Source: a virus
Direction: 5' to 3' (one strand)
Length of the DNA stretch: 64,000 nucleotides
IMG/VR virus record: IMGVR_UViG_2718217807_000006
Position numbers and translations under genes: made by a program. Below are positions 44,315 through 54,103 of the stretch, in pieces. Each line of letters begins with the position of its first letter. Within the stretch, counting starts at the first letter, position 1. A model generated the notes under the pieces. That model worked only from the letters and a program-made list of their open reading frames with translations. It ran no database searches and was not told where the DNA came from.

Positions 44315-46038
44315 CCCATTGCGAAACCACCGCCGCCACTCTCCTGGCCCAGCGGTTCATTAATAATTGAAAGCATGGTTGCCCATGCCATATCCCCATG
44401 ACTCACGCCACGCGATCGGTCAGTTTCGTAAGTGATGAAGCCGCCGGGTGTAACGACTTTGCGAACGGCGTTAAAGGCTCTGACCAGCCCCTGCTCGCTG
44501 CGGTCATATTCCCAGCGCCCGGCGCGTATGACCTGCAACATTTTGAGGACAAGGGCGCGTTTAGATGAGAGGCTCATCTGGTAGCAAATAGCCGCCGGGA
44601 ACCAGTTTTTAACAATCTGCCAGACCGCCTCCCCGACGCCTTGCCCGTCGATAGCGATGTGCGTGACGTTGTAGCGCTCGGCAGCCTCTTTGATGACTGC
44701 GGCCTGCTGCTCAAACTCCAGCCCCCGCAATTGCTGTAATTCAACTGTGCGGAATCGCCCGCCGGGCACCAGGGGGGGAACGGTGATTGATAATGCTCCC
44801 GCATCACCATTACCGCTGCCGCCGTTGGCGTCGTACCCCAGCCATACCTCGCGCTGACCCATAGGACGACCCGCGAACGGCTTCCAGTCGGGCCAGTCGT
44901 CATAACCGTCAGCGCCACAACCTAACAGCTGGCTAAGGTTAAATGCGCTCTCACCGTCCTTGACGAACTCGCACATGTAGAGGTTTTCGAACTCATCAGG
45001 GCTGTTTTCGTCCCTGATTTCGTCAATGTCGGTATAGTCCCAGCCGTTGTTGATAGCATCCTGAATAGTGACGATTTGCCGCCATGTTTTATCCGGGTAA
45101 AGCAGGCCGCCATGGCTTTTCTTCCAGGACACGTCAAAATCAACGCGCTGCGCTTTAGGCCGTTTCGCATTCCACCGATCCCCGGTCCAGAACTGATAGG
45201 CTTCATGGCTTTCACTCGATGGCGTGGAGAAGTACGTGCGTGTTAAGCCTTTGAGCGTTGCCATGGCGCCAGCAACCTTGCGCAGGTTGATAAAGTTACC
45301 GGTCCAGAAAAACTCATCAAATCGCAGGTGCCCCGTGTAGGACTGCGCGGTCGCAGCTGATGTCCCGAGAAAATGCAGCTCCGCGCCGTTTGACAGCGTG
45401 ATTTGCTCGCCGCCTTTAAGTTCGACGTCCACCTCTTCAGCCGCTTTACGGATGAAGTTGCGGAACTGTAGCGCCTGCTTTCGTGATGCTGACAGAAAGA
45501 TTTGGTTGCGCTGGTAGTCGTGCTTAACGTCCGTTCTCAGTGCGCCCAGCAATGCCTCGCGGGCAAAGTACCAGGTCGCCCCAATCTGCCGCGACTTCAG
45601 GATCATGCGGTTACGCTGATCGCGCTGTTCGTACCAGCCGCGCTGATGCCATGCGAGGGAGTCGAGTATTTTTGAGCGCAGCGCCTCTATCTGCTCATCC
45701 GTAAAGTGATTTTTCTTCTTGCGGTGACTGGTTTTCTTGTTCCCGGTAGCCGCCGCATTTTGTCCGGTATCCAGCTTTTTCAACTGCCGCGTAAGCAGGT
45801 CAATCTCTTTGAAGTCGCCGCCGGTCTTGTTGTCTTTTGCATTCAACTGGCAAAGGCGGGCGTCAATAGACTGGGTGACGCGCTGAATCGGGGGCGTTTC
45901 GTCCCACTCGTCGCGCTTCTTCCACGAATACACCGTATTAGAGCTGATACCCATCAGCCGTGAAATTTCGGCGGGCGGGTATCCCTGCCAGTAGAGCTGT
46001 TTTGCCCGCAGTCGAATAAACGCATCCTGAATCATCAC
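44308..46038 (-). CDS. P: Terminase ATPase subunit (gpP)
   Basis: AKQLYWQG HTH, ILKSRQIGATWYFARE, SHGDMAWA. Confidence 0.95.
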   Translation of the reverse strand: MMIQDAFIRLRAKQLYWQGYPPAEISRLMGISSNTVYSWKKRDEWDETPPIQRVTQSIDARLCQLNAKDNKTGGDFKEIDLLTRQLKKLDTGQNAAATGNKKTSHRKKKNHFTDEQIEALRSKILDSLAWHQRGWYEQRDQRNRMILKSRQIGATWYFAREALLGALRTDVKHDYQRNQIFLSASRKQALQFRNFIRKAAEEVDVELKGGEQITLSNGAELHFLGTSAATAQSYTGHLRFDEFFWTGNFINLRKVAGAMATLKGLTRTYFSTPSSESHEAYQFWTGDRWNAKRPKAQRVDFDVSWKKSHGGLLYPDKTWRQIVTIQDAINNGWDYTDIDEIRDENSPDEFENLYMCEFVKDGESAFNLSQLLGCGADGYDDWPDWKPFAGRPMGQREVWLGYDANGGSGNGDAGALSITVPPLVPGGRFRTVELQQLRGLEFEQQAAVIKEAAERYNVTHIAIDGQGVGEAVWQIVKNWFPAAICYQMSLSSKRALVLKMLQVIRAGRWEYDRSEQGLVRAFNAVRKVVTPGGFITYETDRSRGVSHGDMAWATMLSIINEPLGQESGGGGFAMGW

Positions 46039-46191
46039 TTCCCCCTTTTGAGCAGGGAGATTACCCGCGCGCGATCCGGTCGGCGCGGGGTTTCAGGTCT
46101 GGCCGTTCTCCGACAACAAAACCACGTGGCGCGTGGCTTTCTGGCTCTGCGATGATGCTGCGACTGACACAAACCAACAGGATTAAACAAC

Positions 46192-47031
46192 ATGGCCAGC
46201 ACGACTAAACCCGCCCGCAAAAAGTTTCGCGTTGCGGTTTCCGGCGCCACCGTTGACGGGCGCGAGATCCAGCCGCAGCACCTCCGCGATGCGGCGGCGA
46301 GCTACAACCCGGACGTTTACGGCGCCCGCGTCAACGTGGAGCACTATCTCTCCATGCTCCCTGACAGCAATTTTGGCGCCATGGGAGATGTTGCCGCGCT
46401 GAGCGCGGAAGATATCACCGAAGGGCCGCTGGCCGGTCGCACGGCGCTCTATGCCGAGATCGACGCGTCGGCCCGCATGAAGCAGCTCACCGATGAAGGG
46501 AAGAAAGTCTATTCCAGTATTGAGCTGCACCCGCAGTTTGCCCTCAACGGGAAAGCGTATGTGGTTGGCCTGGCGATGACGGACACCCCGGCGAGTCTGG
46601 GTACTGAGCGCCTGAAGTTTGCCGCGCAGCAGCGCGCGCAGGTGATGGCCTTCAACAACCAGCAGACTGAGCCGCCGCTGTTCTCTGATGCGCTTGAAGC
46701 TGAAGTGGTCGAGCTGGCGGCCCAGCGCAGCGAGGAGGGAGCCAACTGGTTTAACCGCATGATGGGCATTCTCAATAAAGGCCAGAAAACCGACGATCAG
46801 CGTTTCAGTCAGCTGCATCAGGTTGTTGAAGCCGTTGCGCAATCTCAGGCCGATCAGATTGACCGATTCAGTGCTCTGGAGCAGGAACGCCAGCAGGACA
46901 ACGCCACCATTCAGCAACTGACCAGCGAACTTAACGCGCTGCGCGGTCAGCTTCAGCTCCAGCCCGCAGAAAATTACAGCGCACGACCGGCGGCAACCGG
47001 CAACAGCAGCGCGCAGCTTGCAGACTTCTAA
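46192..47031 (+). CDS. O: Capsid scaffolding/protease (gpO)
   Basis: FRVAVSGATVDGREI, GLAMTDTPASLGTE. Confidence 0.95.
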   Translation: MASTTKPARKKFRVAVSGATVDGREIQPQHLRDAAASYNPDVYGARVNVEHYLSMLPDSNFGAMGDVAALSAEDITEGPLAGRTALYAEIDASARMKQLTDEGKKVYSSIELHPQFALNGKAYVVGLAMTDTPASLGTERLKFAAQQRAQVMAFNNQQTEPPLFSDALEAEVVELAAQRSEEGANWFNRMMGILNKGQKTDDQRFSQLHQVVEAVAQSQADQIDRFSALEQERQQDNATIQQLTSELNALRGQLQLQPAENYSARPAATGNSSAQLADF

Positions 47032-47040
47032 GAGGTAATC

Positions 47041-48075
47041 ATGGAAAACCAGACCCGCGAACTATTTGATCATTACATTGTGCGGCAGGCGCAGCTGAAC
47101 GGCGTTTCACCATCTGCCGTTGCGAACCGCTTTAGCGTCGATCCGACAATCCAGCAAAAACTGGAGCAGGCCGCCATGGAGTCGGATGACTTCATGAGGC
47201 AGGTTAACCACTTCGGGGTTAAAGAGCAGGAAGGGCAGAAAGTAAAAATTGGCAGTAAGGGGCCGATGGCGAGCACCAATAACAGCTCGGACGGTACCAA
47301 CCGCCGCAACCCGGCACCGAACCATAACAAAGAGCCGCAGAACTACCACTGCCGCAAAACCAACTATGACTATGCGCTTTCGTATGCGGAGCTGGATGCG
47401 TGGGCCGGTCACCCTGAATTTCAGTCATTAATCAGTAATGCGATGGCTCGTCAGCTGGGGCTGGATCGTCAGATGATTGGCTTTAATGGCACGCATTACT
47501 CTGAAAACTCCGACCGCACGACCTATCCGTTATTGCAGGATTGCGGCGTTGGCTGGCTGCAAAAAATCCGCAATGAAGCGCCGCAGCGAATTATGCCGGG
47601 TATCACGCTGACCTCCCGCGATGAGAATAACGCGGTAATTGCGTCAGGCACCTACGGCAATATTGACGCCGCCGTGCTTGATGCGCGTCACAGCCTTATG
47701 GATCCCTGGTTCCGCCGCGCTCCCGGTCTGGTCACTGTGCTCTCGTCCGATCTGCTGCTGAAAGTGAACCTGCCGAAAGTGAACGCGCTCAGCCAGACCA
47801 ATCCGAATACCGAACTGCTGGCCGCGCAGCTCATTGTCAGCCAGGAAAAGATCGGCGGCCTGCCGACGGTCTTTGTCCCGGGTATTCCTGAAGACGTCGT
47901 GCTCATCACCAACCTGAAAAACCTCTCTGTGTATTACCAGAAAGGCTCCCTGCGTCGCTCTATCCGCGAAGAGCCGCATTACAACCGCGTGGCGACTTAT
48001 CAGTCCAGCAATGACGACTATGTCATTGAAGAGTACGGCATGATTGCCATGATCGACGGCGTGACATTCGCCTGA
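47041..48075 (+). CDS. N: Major capsid protein (gpN)
   Basis: FSVDPTIQQKL, LDRQMIGFNG, PLLQDCGVGWLQK. Confidence 0.95.
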   Translation: MENQTRELFDHYIVRQAQLNGVSPSAVANRFSVDPTIQQKLEQAAMESDDFMRQVNHFGVKEQEGQKVKIGSKGPMASTNNSSDGTNRRNPAPNHNKEPQNYHCRKTNYDYALSYAELDAWAGHPEFQSLISNAMARQLGLDRQMIGFNGTHYSENSDRTTYPLLQDCGVGWLQKIRNEAPQRIMPGITLTSRDENNAVIASGTYGNIDAAVLDARHSLMDPWFRRAPGLVTVLSSDLLLKVNLPKVNALSQTNPNTELLAAQLIVSQEKIGGLPTVFVPGIPEDVVLITNLKNLSVYYQKGSLRRSIREEPHYNRVATYQSSNDDYVIEEYGMIAMIDGVTFA

Positions 48076-48123
48076 TAATCCCATCACAAGGCGGGCAGCA
48101 AGCCCGCCCAGGAGAATGAACGC

Positions 48124-48981
48124 ATGCTGACACCGGCACAAAGACACTTTCAGAAGGTCATGGCAGAGAGGCGAGGCTCCAGTGATGAGCGTGACGCGGA
48201 GACGCGCACCGCGCATGAGCAGATCCTCTTTCGCCTGCATATGCATAAATCCTCGCTGAGCCAGATCCAGTCCCGCCAGGCGAAGGCCGCTGTAAAGGCC
48301 AGCATCCTTCCTGAGTTTCAGGGATGGATTGACGGCACGATCGAGGGCGACAGCGGGCGCGCAGATCCGGTCATCACCACGCTGATGGTGTGGGCGGTGG
48401 ACTGCTCCGACTATGCTCTGGCGCTGCGTATCGGGCGCTATGTCGTTAAGCATGGCCTGGGCATGCCGGATGACAACTATCGCCGCCCGGCACCCACGGT
48501 ACTGACCGAGGAAATCTGCAATCCCATTCTGAGCCTCGCCACCACGGACGCCGGAGCCGATTTGTCAGGCTATATCCCCATGTTGGACGAGCTGGCCGAA
48601 ATTGTGGCTGACAGTGATATGCCGGATGAGGTTCGCGCGAAGCTGTGCAAGGTGAGGGCATTTTGCCGTCGTGACACGGAAGACGCGGAAACAAAAGGCG
48701 AAGCGCTGAAACTCTTCCGGGAAGCCATGAGCCTGAACCCGGGCGCAGGCGTGAAACGGGAGATCGCCTCTCTGGTCAGCGCGCTGAAGAAGGCGCCGCA
48801 GACCAGCGCGGCGAGTGGTGATGCGGAAGATGAGCCTTCATCCAGCGATACAGCGGCAAGCGAAAAACCCGCAACAGAAAAAGCAACACGAACGCGCAAG
48901 AAGACGAAAACGGCGGCGGGCACTCAAAAAGCCACCCGCAAAACGGCGGCAAAAAAGACAACGAAAACCGCCACAAAGTAA
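48124..48981 (+). CDS. M: Terminase small/endonuclease subunit (gpM)
   Basis: MLTPAQRH, DMPDEVRAKL, GVKREI; K/T/A-rich tail. Confidence 0.9.
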   Translation: MLTPAQRHFQKVMAERRGSSDERDAETRTAHEQILFRLHMHKSSLSQIQSRQAKAAVKASILPEFQGWIDGTIEGDSGRADPVITTLMVWAVDCSDYALALRIGRYVVKHGLGMPDDNYRRPAPTVLTEEICNPILSLATTDAGADLSGYIPMLDELAEIVADSDMPDEVRAKLCKVRAFCRRDTEDAETKGEALKLFREAMSLNPGAGVKREIASLVSALKKAPQTSAASGDAEDEPSSSDTAASEKPATEKATRTRKKTKTAAGTQKATRKTAAKKTTKTATK

Positions 48982-49093
48982 ACGCCTGAGCGTAATGAAC
49001 TGGCCCCGCGCCACAGGCGGCGCGCCCGGTGATCTGCCCGTAATGCGGTCTTTTTACCGGACGCCCACCGCCTGACCTACCGGAGAAACGACG

Positions 49094-49609
49094 ATGAGTT
49101 TTATCGCACAGCGCCCCGTCAGACCAGCTGAAAGTGATGTGACAGACGTGGACGACGGCGGCGCACAGATTGCCATCGGTACTTTCTGGCCGACAGTGAA
49201 GCTCCACGATCTGCGCCTCGCTGCCCGCATCGCCGGTGACATTACAACATCCCGATTAATGCATATGGCAACGGAGGCCGCGCTGCATGTCGCGGATCAA
49301 TTGAAGGACTGGCGCAAGCAAAGGGAAGCGGAAGGCGTGGAATCGCTGGCTTCCGTCCTGCTGACTTCCACCGGTGAACCTGTCGAGCAGATTAACGGCG
49401 AAAGCGCAAAAGTCTATCGCTTCCGGCGCGCGGTCTACTCCTTCACGCGCGCCAGTGTTCTGGAGGGTTACAGGGATGTTGGCACCACGCCAAAAGGTGA
49501 CAAAGACGCCGAAGCCCTGGACAGGCAAATAGACGATCTCTGGCGGGACGGGCGCTGGAGTATCGCGGACATTCGGGAAGAAGCCCGTATCTATGCGGAG
49601 CTGTTCTGA
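49094..49609 (+). CDS. L: Head completion protein (gpL)
   Basis: FWPTV...YRFRRAVYS...RWSIADI. Confidence 0.9.
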   Translation: MSFIAQRPVRPAESDVTDVDDGGAQIAIGTFWPTVKLHDLRLAARIAGDITTSRLMHMATEAALHVADQLKDWRKQREAEGVESLASVLLTSTGEPVEQINGESAKVYRFRRAVYSFTRASVLEGYRDVGTTPKGDKDAEALDRQIDDLWRDGRWSIADIREEARIYAELF

Positions 49610-49809
49610 TGAAAGTCAGGGCGCTGCAAAACGACACGGTTGATCAGCTTTGCTGGCGTCATTACGGCAAAACCGCAGGCGTCATGGAGAAGGTACTCGA
49701 AGCCAATCCGGGACTGAGCAACCAGATATTTTTGAATGCCGGGCAGGAGATCGAAATGCCCGTGATAACCAGCGAGGTGGAGCGGGTAACCGTCCAGTTA
49801 TGGGAATGA
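49609..49809 (+). CDS. X: Tail protein X
   Basis: MKVRALQNDTVDQLCWRHYG...VQLWE. Confidence 0.92.
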   Translation: MKVRALQNDTVDQLCWRHYGKTAGVMEKVLEANPGLSNQIFLNAGQEIEMPVITSEVERVTVQLWE

Positions 49810-50348
49810 CTCTGGATCGTATTAACGAATATTTTGCGTTTGCAACATCCGCCCTGGTGACCGGCGTGGGCGTCATGACCGTCAGCGAAAAGCTGGCGTT
49901 GGCTGGCCTTCTTCTGGGGATTGTTTCCGCCGTCCGGCTGGCGATTCATCGCCGCCGCATTGAGCAGGCCAGCCAGCGCCGCAACGACTTGATCGAGCAG
50001 ATTCTCCGCCAGGCGGAAACCCGTAACCTGTCGGACCGCGAGTGGCAGCTGCTGGAGCAACTGCACGGGGACACCCGGCATGAAGAACATCATCAAAAAA
50101 TGTTCGATTGCGGTGATTGTGGCCTTGGGCATTTCGCTGGCGCCCGGGAGCGTCAGAACATCGAAAGAAGGGCAGCAGAAAATTGCAGGTTGGGAAGACT
50201 GCCGCAGTACGCCTTATTACTGCACGGCGGGTGCTCTGACCATTGGTATCGGCTCCACGGGCGGCGTGGAAAACCGCGAATACAGCAACCAGGAAATAGC
50301 GCGGCGCTGGATCAACGATCTGCAACGGGCGGAGAACTGCATCAATAA
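49800..50348 (+). CDS. Holin-like protein with long C-terminal run-on overlapping the endolysin
   Basis: N-terminal hydrophobic segments and HRRRIE; holin position. Confidence 0.65.
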   Translation: MGMTLDRINEYFAFATSALVTGVGVMTVSEKLALAGLLLGIVSAVRLAIHRRRIEQASQRRNDLIEQILRQAETRNLSDREWQLLEQLHGDTRHEEHHQKMFDCGDCGLGHFAGARERQNIERRAAENCRLGRLPQYALLLHGGCSDHWYRLHGRRGKPRIQQPGNSAALDQRSATGGELHQ

Positions 50349-50625
50349 CAATTTCCACGGTGACGACATGCCGCAACTCACCTTTGAGGCCATGACGGAT
50401 GCCGCCCTGAATCTGGGCTGCACCGGGCTGATGTGGTTCACCGATAAAAACGGACGTAAGCAGAGGACCACGATCTGGAAGCATGCCCAGGCCAGACAAT
50501 GGCCGCAGATGTGCAACAGGCTGACTGATTTTGTCAATGCGGGCGGTAAGCGCTCCCCCGGACTGGTTAACCGGCGCAACGATTTTAAAGCCTGGTGCCT
50601 GCTGGGCCTGAGTACGCCGTCATGA
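50080..50625 (+). CDS. Endolysin, GH24 lysozyme with SAR-like N-terminus
   Basis: WEDCRSTPYYCTAGALTIGIGST, PGLVNRR. Confidence 0.9.
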   Translation: MKNIIKKCSIAVIVALGISLAPGSVRTSKEGQQKIAGWEDCRSTPYYCTAGALTIGIGSTGGVENREYSNQEIARRWINDLQRAENCINNNFHGDDMPQLTFEAMTDAALNLGCTGLMWFTDKNGRKQRTTIWKHAQARQWPQMCNRLTDFVNAGGKRSPGLVNRRNDFKAWCLLGLSTPS

Positions 50626-50966
50626 GGGCGGGCAGTGTGATTGTGATGCTTGTCCTTCTGGCTGCTGTCTGGTGGCAGACCGACCAGCTGAGCGAGGCCA
50701 GGACCCGCAACAAGTTGCTGACCGAAACGGCGACCGGTTACGACCAGGTTATTCAGGAAGTGAAGGCGACCGCCATACAAACCCATAAGTTACTGGCAGA
50801 GGTAAAAGTCCGTGAGCAACAGCGTAATGCAGAAGGGGAGCGACGACGTGAAGCAATGCAGGCCGCGTTCAATGGTGACACGTGCGCTGTTACTCCTGTG
50901 CCTGACGCTGTCAGCCGCAGCCTGCAAAAACGCACCGCCCGCGCCGATCATTCAGCTGGTCCGTGA
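50622..50966 (+). CDS. Inner-membrane spanin (LysB-like)
   Basis: N-terminal TM, coiled coil, CAVTPVPDAV. Confidence 0.75.
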   Translation: MRAGSVIVMLVLLAAVWWQTDQLSEARTRNKLLTETATGYDQVIQEVKATAIQTHKLLAEVKVREQQRNAEGERRREAMQAAFNGDTCAVTPVPDAVSRSLQKRTARADHSAGP

Positions 50967-51147
50967 ACCCGTCCCGGAAAGCCTGACCGAAGAGACGCCA
51001 CGCCCGACGCTGGATAAGCCAGTGACCTGGGGCGCGGTGGCGATATTCAGCGACAGGCTGATTGATGCGCTTGATGCCTGCAATGTTGACAAAGCAACGA
51101 TCCGCCAGTGGGACAACCTGCGCCAGAACACCCGTAAGGAGCCATAA
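50872..51147 (+). CDS. Outer-membrane spanin lipoprotein (LysC/Rz1-like)
   Basis: MVTRALLLLCLTLSAAA-C lipobox; Pro-rich; LDACNVDK. Confidence 0.8.
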   Translation: MVTRALLLLCLTLSAAACKNAPPAPIIQLVREPVPESLTEETPRPTLDKPVTWGAVAIFSDRLIDALDACNVDKATIRQWDNLRQNTRKEP

Positions 51148-51615
51148 ATGCTGAAGATAGACACCCTCCGTGCCGCCATTGAGAAAGCAAACACCTGGTG
51201 TCGGGCGAACCCGGAAGCCTGGACGGTGTTTGTTGAAGAGGGTGGCATTGAAACCACCGGTGAAACGCCGTCTTTCATGTATCGATATTCTCTGGTGCTG
51301 TTCGTCATGAACTACGCCGGGAGCATTGACGACTTCACGCTGCCGCTGATGGCCTGGCTCTGGTTTAATCAACCCGATCTGCTGCTGAACCCGGATAAAA
51401 ACCAGCAGATTAAATTCACCACGCTGATTAACAACGATGACACCGCCGATCTGATGTTTGAGCTGCCGGTGAGTCAGCGGGTACTGGTTCAGCTGGATGA
51501 AAACGGCGTGCCGTGCGCCGAGCATTTGCCGGAGCCTCGCCCGCGCGTGCTGGCCCCTCATGCCGCAGGCTGGGGGCTGGTATTTGAAGGCATGCTTCAG
51601 GAGGGCGGAGCGTGA
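51148..51615 (+). CDS. R: Tail completion protein (gpR)
   Basis: MLKIDTLR...SFMYRYSL...WLWFNQPDLL. Confidence 0.9.
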   Translation: MLKIDTLRAAIEKANTWCRANPEAWTVFVEEGGIETTGETPSFMYRYSLVLFVMNYAGSIDDFTLPLMAWLWFNQPDLLLNPDKNQQIKFTTLINNDDTADLMFELPVSQRVLVQLDENGVPCAEHLPEPRPRVLAPHAAGWGLVFEGMLQEGGA

Positions 51616-52247
51616 GCGATCGCATGTTCAGCGAGCTGGATCAGGTCTTTAAGGACATCCTCGACGGCGTCAGCCCGGCGGGGCGCACCCGTACCGCGCG
51701 CAAAATTGGTCTGGCACTGCGTCGCAGTCAGCAGCGCCGTATCGCGTCACAGAAAAACCCGGACGGCAGCGGCTATGCCGTGCGCCGCCGTAAGGTTTAC
51801 CGCACCCGGCAGGGGATCAAGTTCTTCTGGAATAACGAGGTGCGGGCGCTGAAAAACTGGCGCGGCGGGCGTGGTAAATATGGCCGGACAATCACGGGTT
51901 TTGACGAGAAGCGCCGGGATATCCGCACCTTCTACCGGGCCGATATCGAGCGGTATCTGGAAATCAAAACGCAATCAGCGACGCATTCAGAGACAAAAAA
52001 AGCGCCGATGTTTACCCGCCTGCGCACCCTGCGTTTTATGAAAGTCAGGTCGGACGCGGGCGGCGTCACTGTAGGATTTGACGGCATCGCTGCGCGCATT
52101 GCCCGTATTCACCAGTACGGCCTCCAGGATGAAGTAGGACCGGGCACTTACGCGCAGTACCCGACGCGCGAACTGCTGGGCATGACTCCGGCAGACCTGG
52201 TCGCTACGGAAAACGCCGTTATCAGCAGTCTGGGCGGTGCGTCATGA
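51612..52247 (+). CDS. S: Virion morphogenesis protein (gpS)
   Basis: RRSQQRRIASQKNPDGS, RIARIHQYGL, RELLG. Confidence 0.9.
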   Translation: MSDRMFSELDQVFKDILDGVSPAGRTRTARKIGLALRRSQQRRIASQKNPDGSGYAVRRRKVYRTRQGIKFFWNNEVRALKNWRGGRGKYGRTITGFDEKRRDIRTFYRADIERYLEIKTQSATHSETKKAPMFTRLRTLRFMKVRSDAGGVTVGFDGIAARIARIHQYGLQDEVGPGTYAQYPTRELLGMTPADLVATENAVISSLGGAS

Positions 52248-52831
52248 ATGCCGAGCTGATGCGCCTGCTGGAAAACATGCTGCGCCAGGGTGTGGTGGAG
52301 CAAATCAGCGCCGACAAGAAAGCGGTGCGCGTTCGCTCCGGCAGACTGCTGACCACCTGGATCCGATGGAACGTCACCCGCGCCGGGGCATTCAGCATCT
52401 GGCTGCCGCCCTCGATAGGGGAGCAGGTCTGGATCGGTTGTCCGGGCGGCAACCCTGAAAACGCGTTTGTGATTGGCTCTGCATACAGCGCAGATAATCC
52501 GCCAATGGGCAGCAGCCTGCTGGAAATCAGCATCACCGCACCGGATGGCGCGCGCCTGCATTACGACGCCGCCGCCGATGCCGGAGAACTGTCCGTGACC
52601 GGTATTAAAACCGCGCATATCCAGGCAGAGACCCGCGTCAAGCTTGACACGCCGGAGGTGGAATGCACGGAACGCCTCAAAACGCGCACTTTCGAACTGA
52701 CCCATGGCGGCACGATGGCCGGTGATGTGTTCCATTCCGGCGGCGTGTTGCAGTCAAACGGGATCACCGTACATGAACATAAACACGGGGGCGTGCAGTC
52801 TGGTGGGAGTACTACAGGAGGCCCGCAATGA
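52244..52831 (+). CDS. V: Baseplate spike (gpV)
   Basis: PPSIGEQV, HEHKHGGVQSG. Confidence 0.92.
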   Translation: MNAELMRLLENMLRQGVVEQISADKKAVRVRSGRLLTTWIRWNVTRAGAFSIWLPPSIGEQVWIGCPGGNPENAFVIGSAYSADNPPMGSSLLEISITAPDGARLHYDAAADAGELSVTGIKTAHIQAETRVKLDTPEVECTERLKTRTFELTHGGTMAGDVFHSGGVLQSNGITVHEHKHGGVQSGGSTTGGPQ

Positions 52832-53178
52832 CAGCCAGTTACACGGGGATGAACCCGGAAGACACCGGCGCATTGACCGATCACGATCAGCTCTGGCAGT
52901 CCGTGACAAAAATCCTCACCACGCCAACCGGCTCGCGTGTGATGCGCCGGGACTTTGGCAGCGCGATCCCTGATTTGCTCGATGCGCCGCAGAACGCCGT
53001 CACCCGCATGCAGTTGATGGGCGCAGCCGCTATCGCGCTGGCGCAGTGGGAGCCGCGGATCAGCCTGACTACCGTCAACGTGGTGTTTTCAGAAACAGGC
53101 GCAGTGACCGCCGAGCTGAGCGGCACCATCACGGAAACCATGACAGAAACCAGCAACACAATTAGGTTAAGGAGCTAG
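52828..53178 (+). CDS. W: Baseplate wedge protein (gpW)
   Basis: ILTTPTGSRVMRRDFGS, WEPRI. Confidence 0.92.
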   Translation: MTASYTGMNPEDTGALTDHDQLWQSVTKILTTPTGSRVMRRDFGSAIPDLLDAPQNAVTRMQLMGAAAIALAQWEPRISLTTVNVVFSETGAVTAELSGTITETMTETSNTIRLRS

Positions 53179-53179
53179 T

Positions 53180-54103
53180 GTGCAAACGTCCGTCGATTTA
53201 TCTCAGATCCCGCAGCCTGATATCGTCGAGGTGCCCGATTTTGAAACGGTGCTGACTGATATCCGGGCGCTTATCGTGGCGGCCATGCCTGCGGAACTTC
53301 AGGCTTCTGTGTCTGCTGCGTTGTTACTGGAATCTGAACCGATGGCCGCGCTGGCTCAGGCATTCACCTATCGCGAGATCCATCTGCTGCAACGCATCAA
53401 TGAAGCCGTGCGCGCGGTGCTGCTTTCCAGCGCCCTGGGGGCGGATCTCGATCAGGTCGCGGGGAATTTTGACACTGAACGCCTGCTGATTACCGAAGCC
53501 ACCGACGAGGCGGACGCCGTATACGAAAGCGATGAAGAACTGCGCGCCCGCACTCTGCTCTCATGGGCGCGCCTGAGCACGGCAGGTGCCCGTAATGCCT
53601 ATCACTATTTTGCACTGGGAGCTGATGCGGATGTGCTCGACGTGCGCGCCTATGGTCCGGAGACGCACGATCAGGAGGGGCGCGTTTTCCTCTATGTGCT
53701 GTCACGCACTGGAGATGGGACCGCCCCGCAGGCTCTGCTCGATAAAGTCCTGGCAGCAGTTAACCCGGAGGACGTGCGCCCGATAACGGATTATGTGGCT
53801 GATTATGTCCGTTCCGCCGTGATTGTGAATTATCAGGTGGTTGCTGACATTTACGTCCCTTACGGCGTGGACACCGCCACGGTGCTGGAAAAAGCCACCG
53901 CAGCACTGAACGAATACACCGCCTCTGTGCATCTTATCAACGCAACCGCTGCACGGTCAGGCATCGACGGGGCGCTGCATCAGGACGGCGTTGTCACCGT
54001 CGATTTGCATTCACCGGCCGCCGACGTCGTTGCGACGATGGGCGAAGCGCCTCATTGCACCTCTGTGAAAATCAATCTTGTGGTAATGGACTATGACCGC
54101 TAA
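53180..54103 (+). CDS. J: Baseplate assembly protein (gpJ)
   Basis: VDLSQIPQP, ESDEELRAR, LSTAGAR, VRPITD. Confidence 0.92.
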   Translation: MQTSVDLSQIPQPDIVEVPDFETVLTDIRALIVAAMPAELQASVSAALLLESEPMAALAQAFTYREIHLLQRINEAVRAVLLSSALGADLDQVAGNFDTERLLITEATDEADAVYESDEELRARTLLSWARLSTAGARNAYHYFALGADADVLDVRAYGPETHDQEGRVFLYVLSRTGDGTAPQALLDKVLAAVNPEDVRPITDYVADYVRSAVIVNYQVVADIYVPYGVDTATVLEKATAALNEYTASVHLINATAARSGIDGALHQDGVVTVDLHSPAADVVATMGEAPHCTSVKINLVVMDYDR

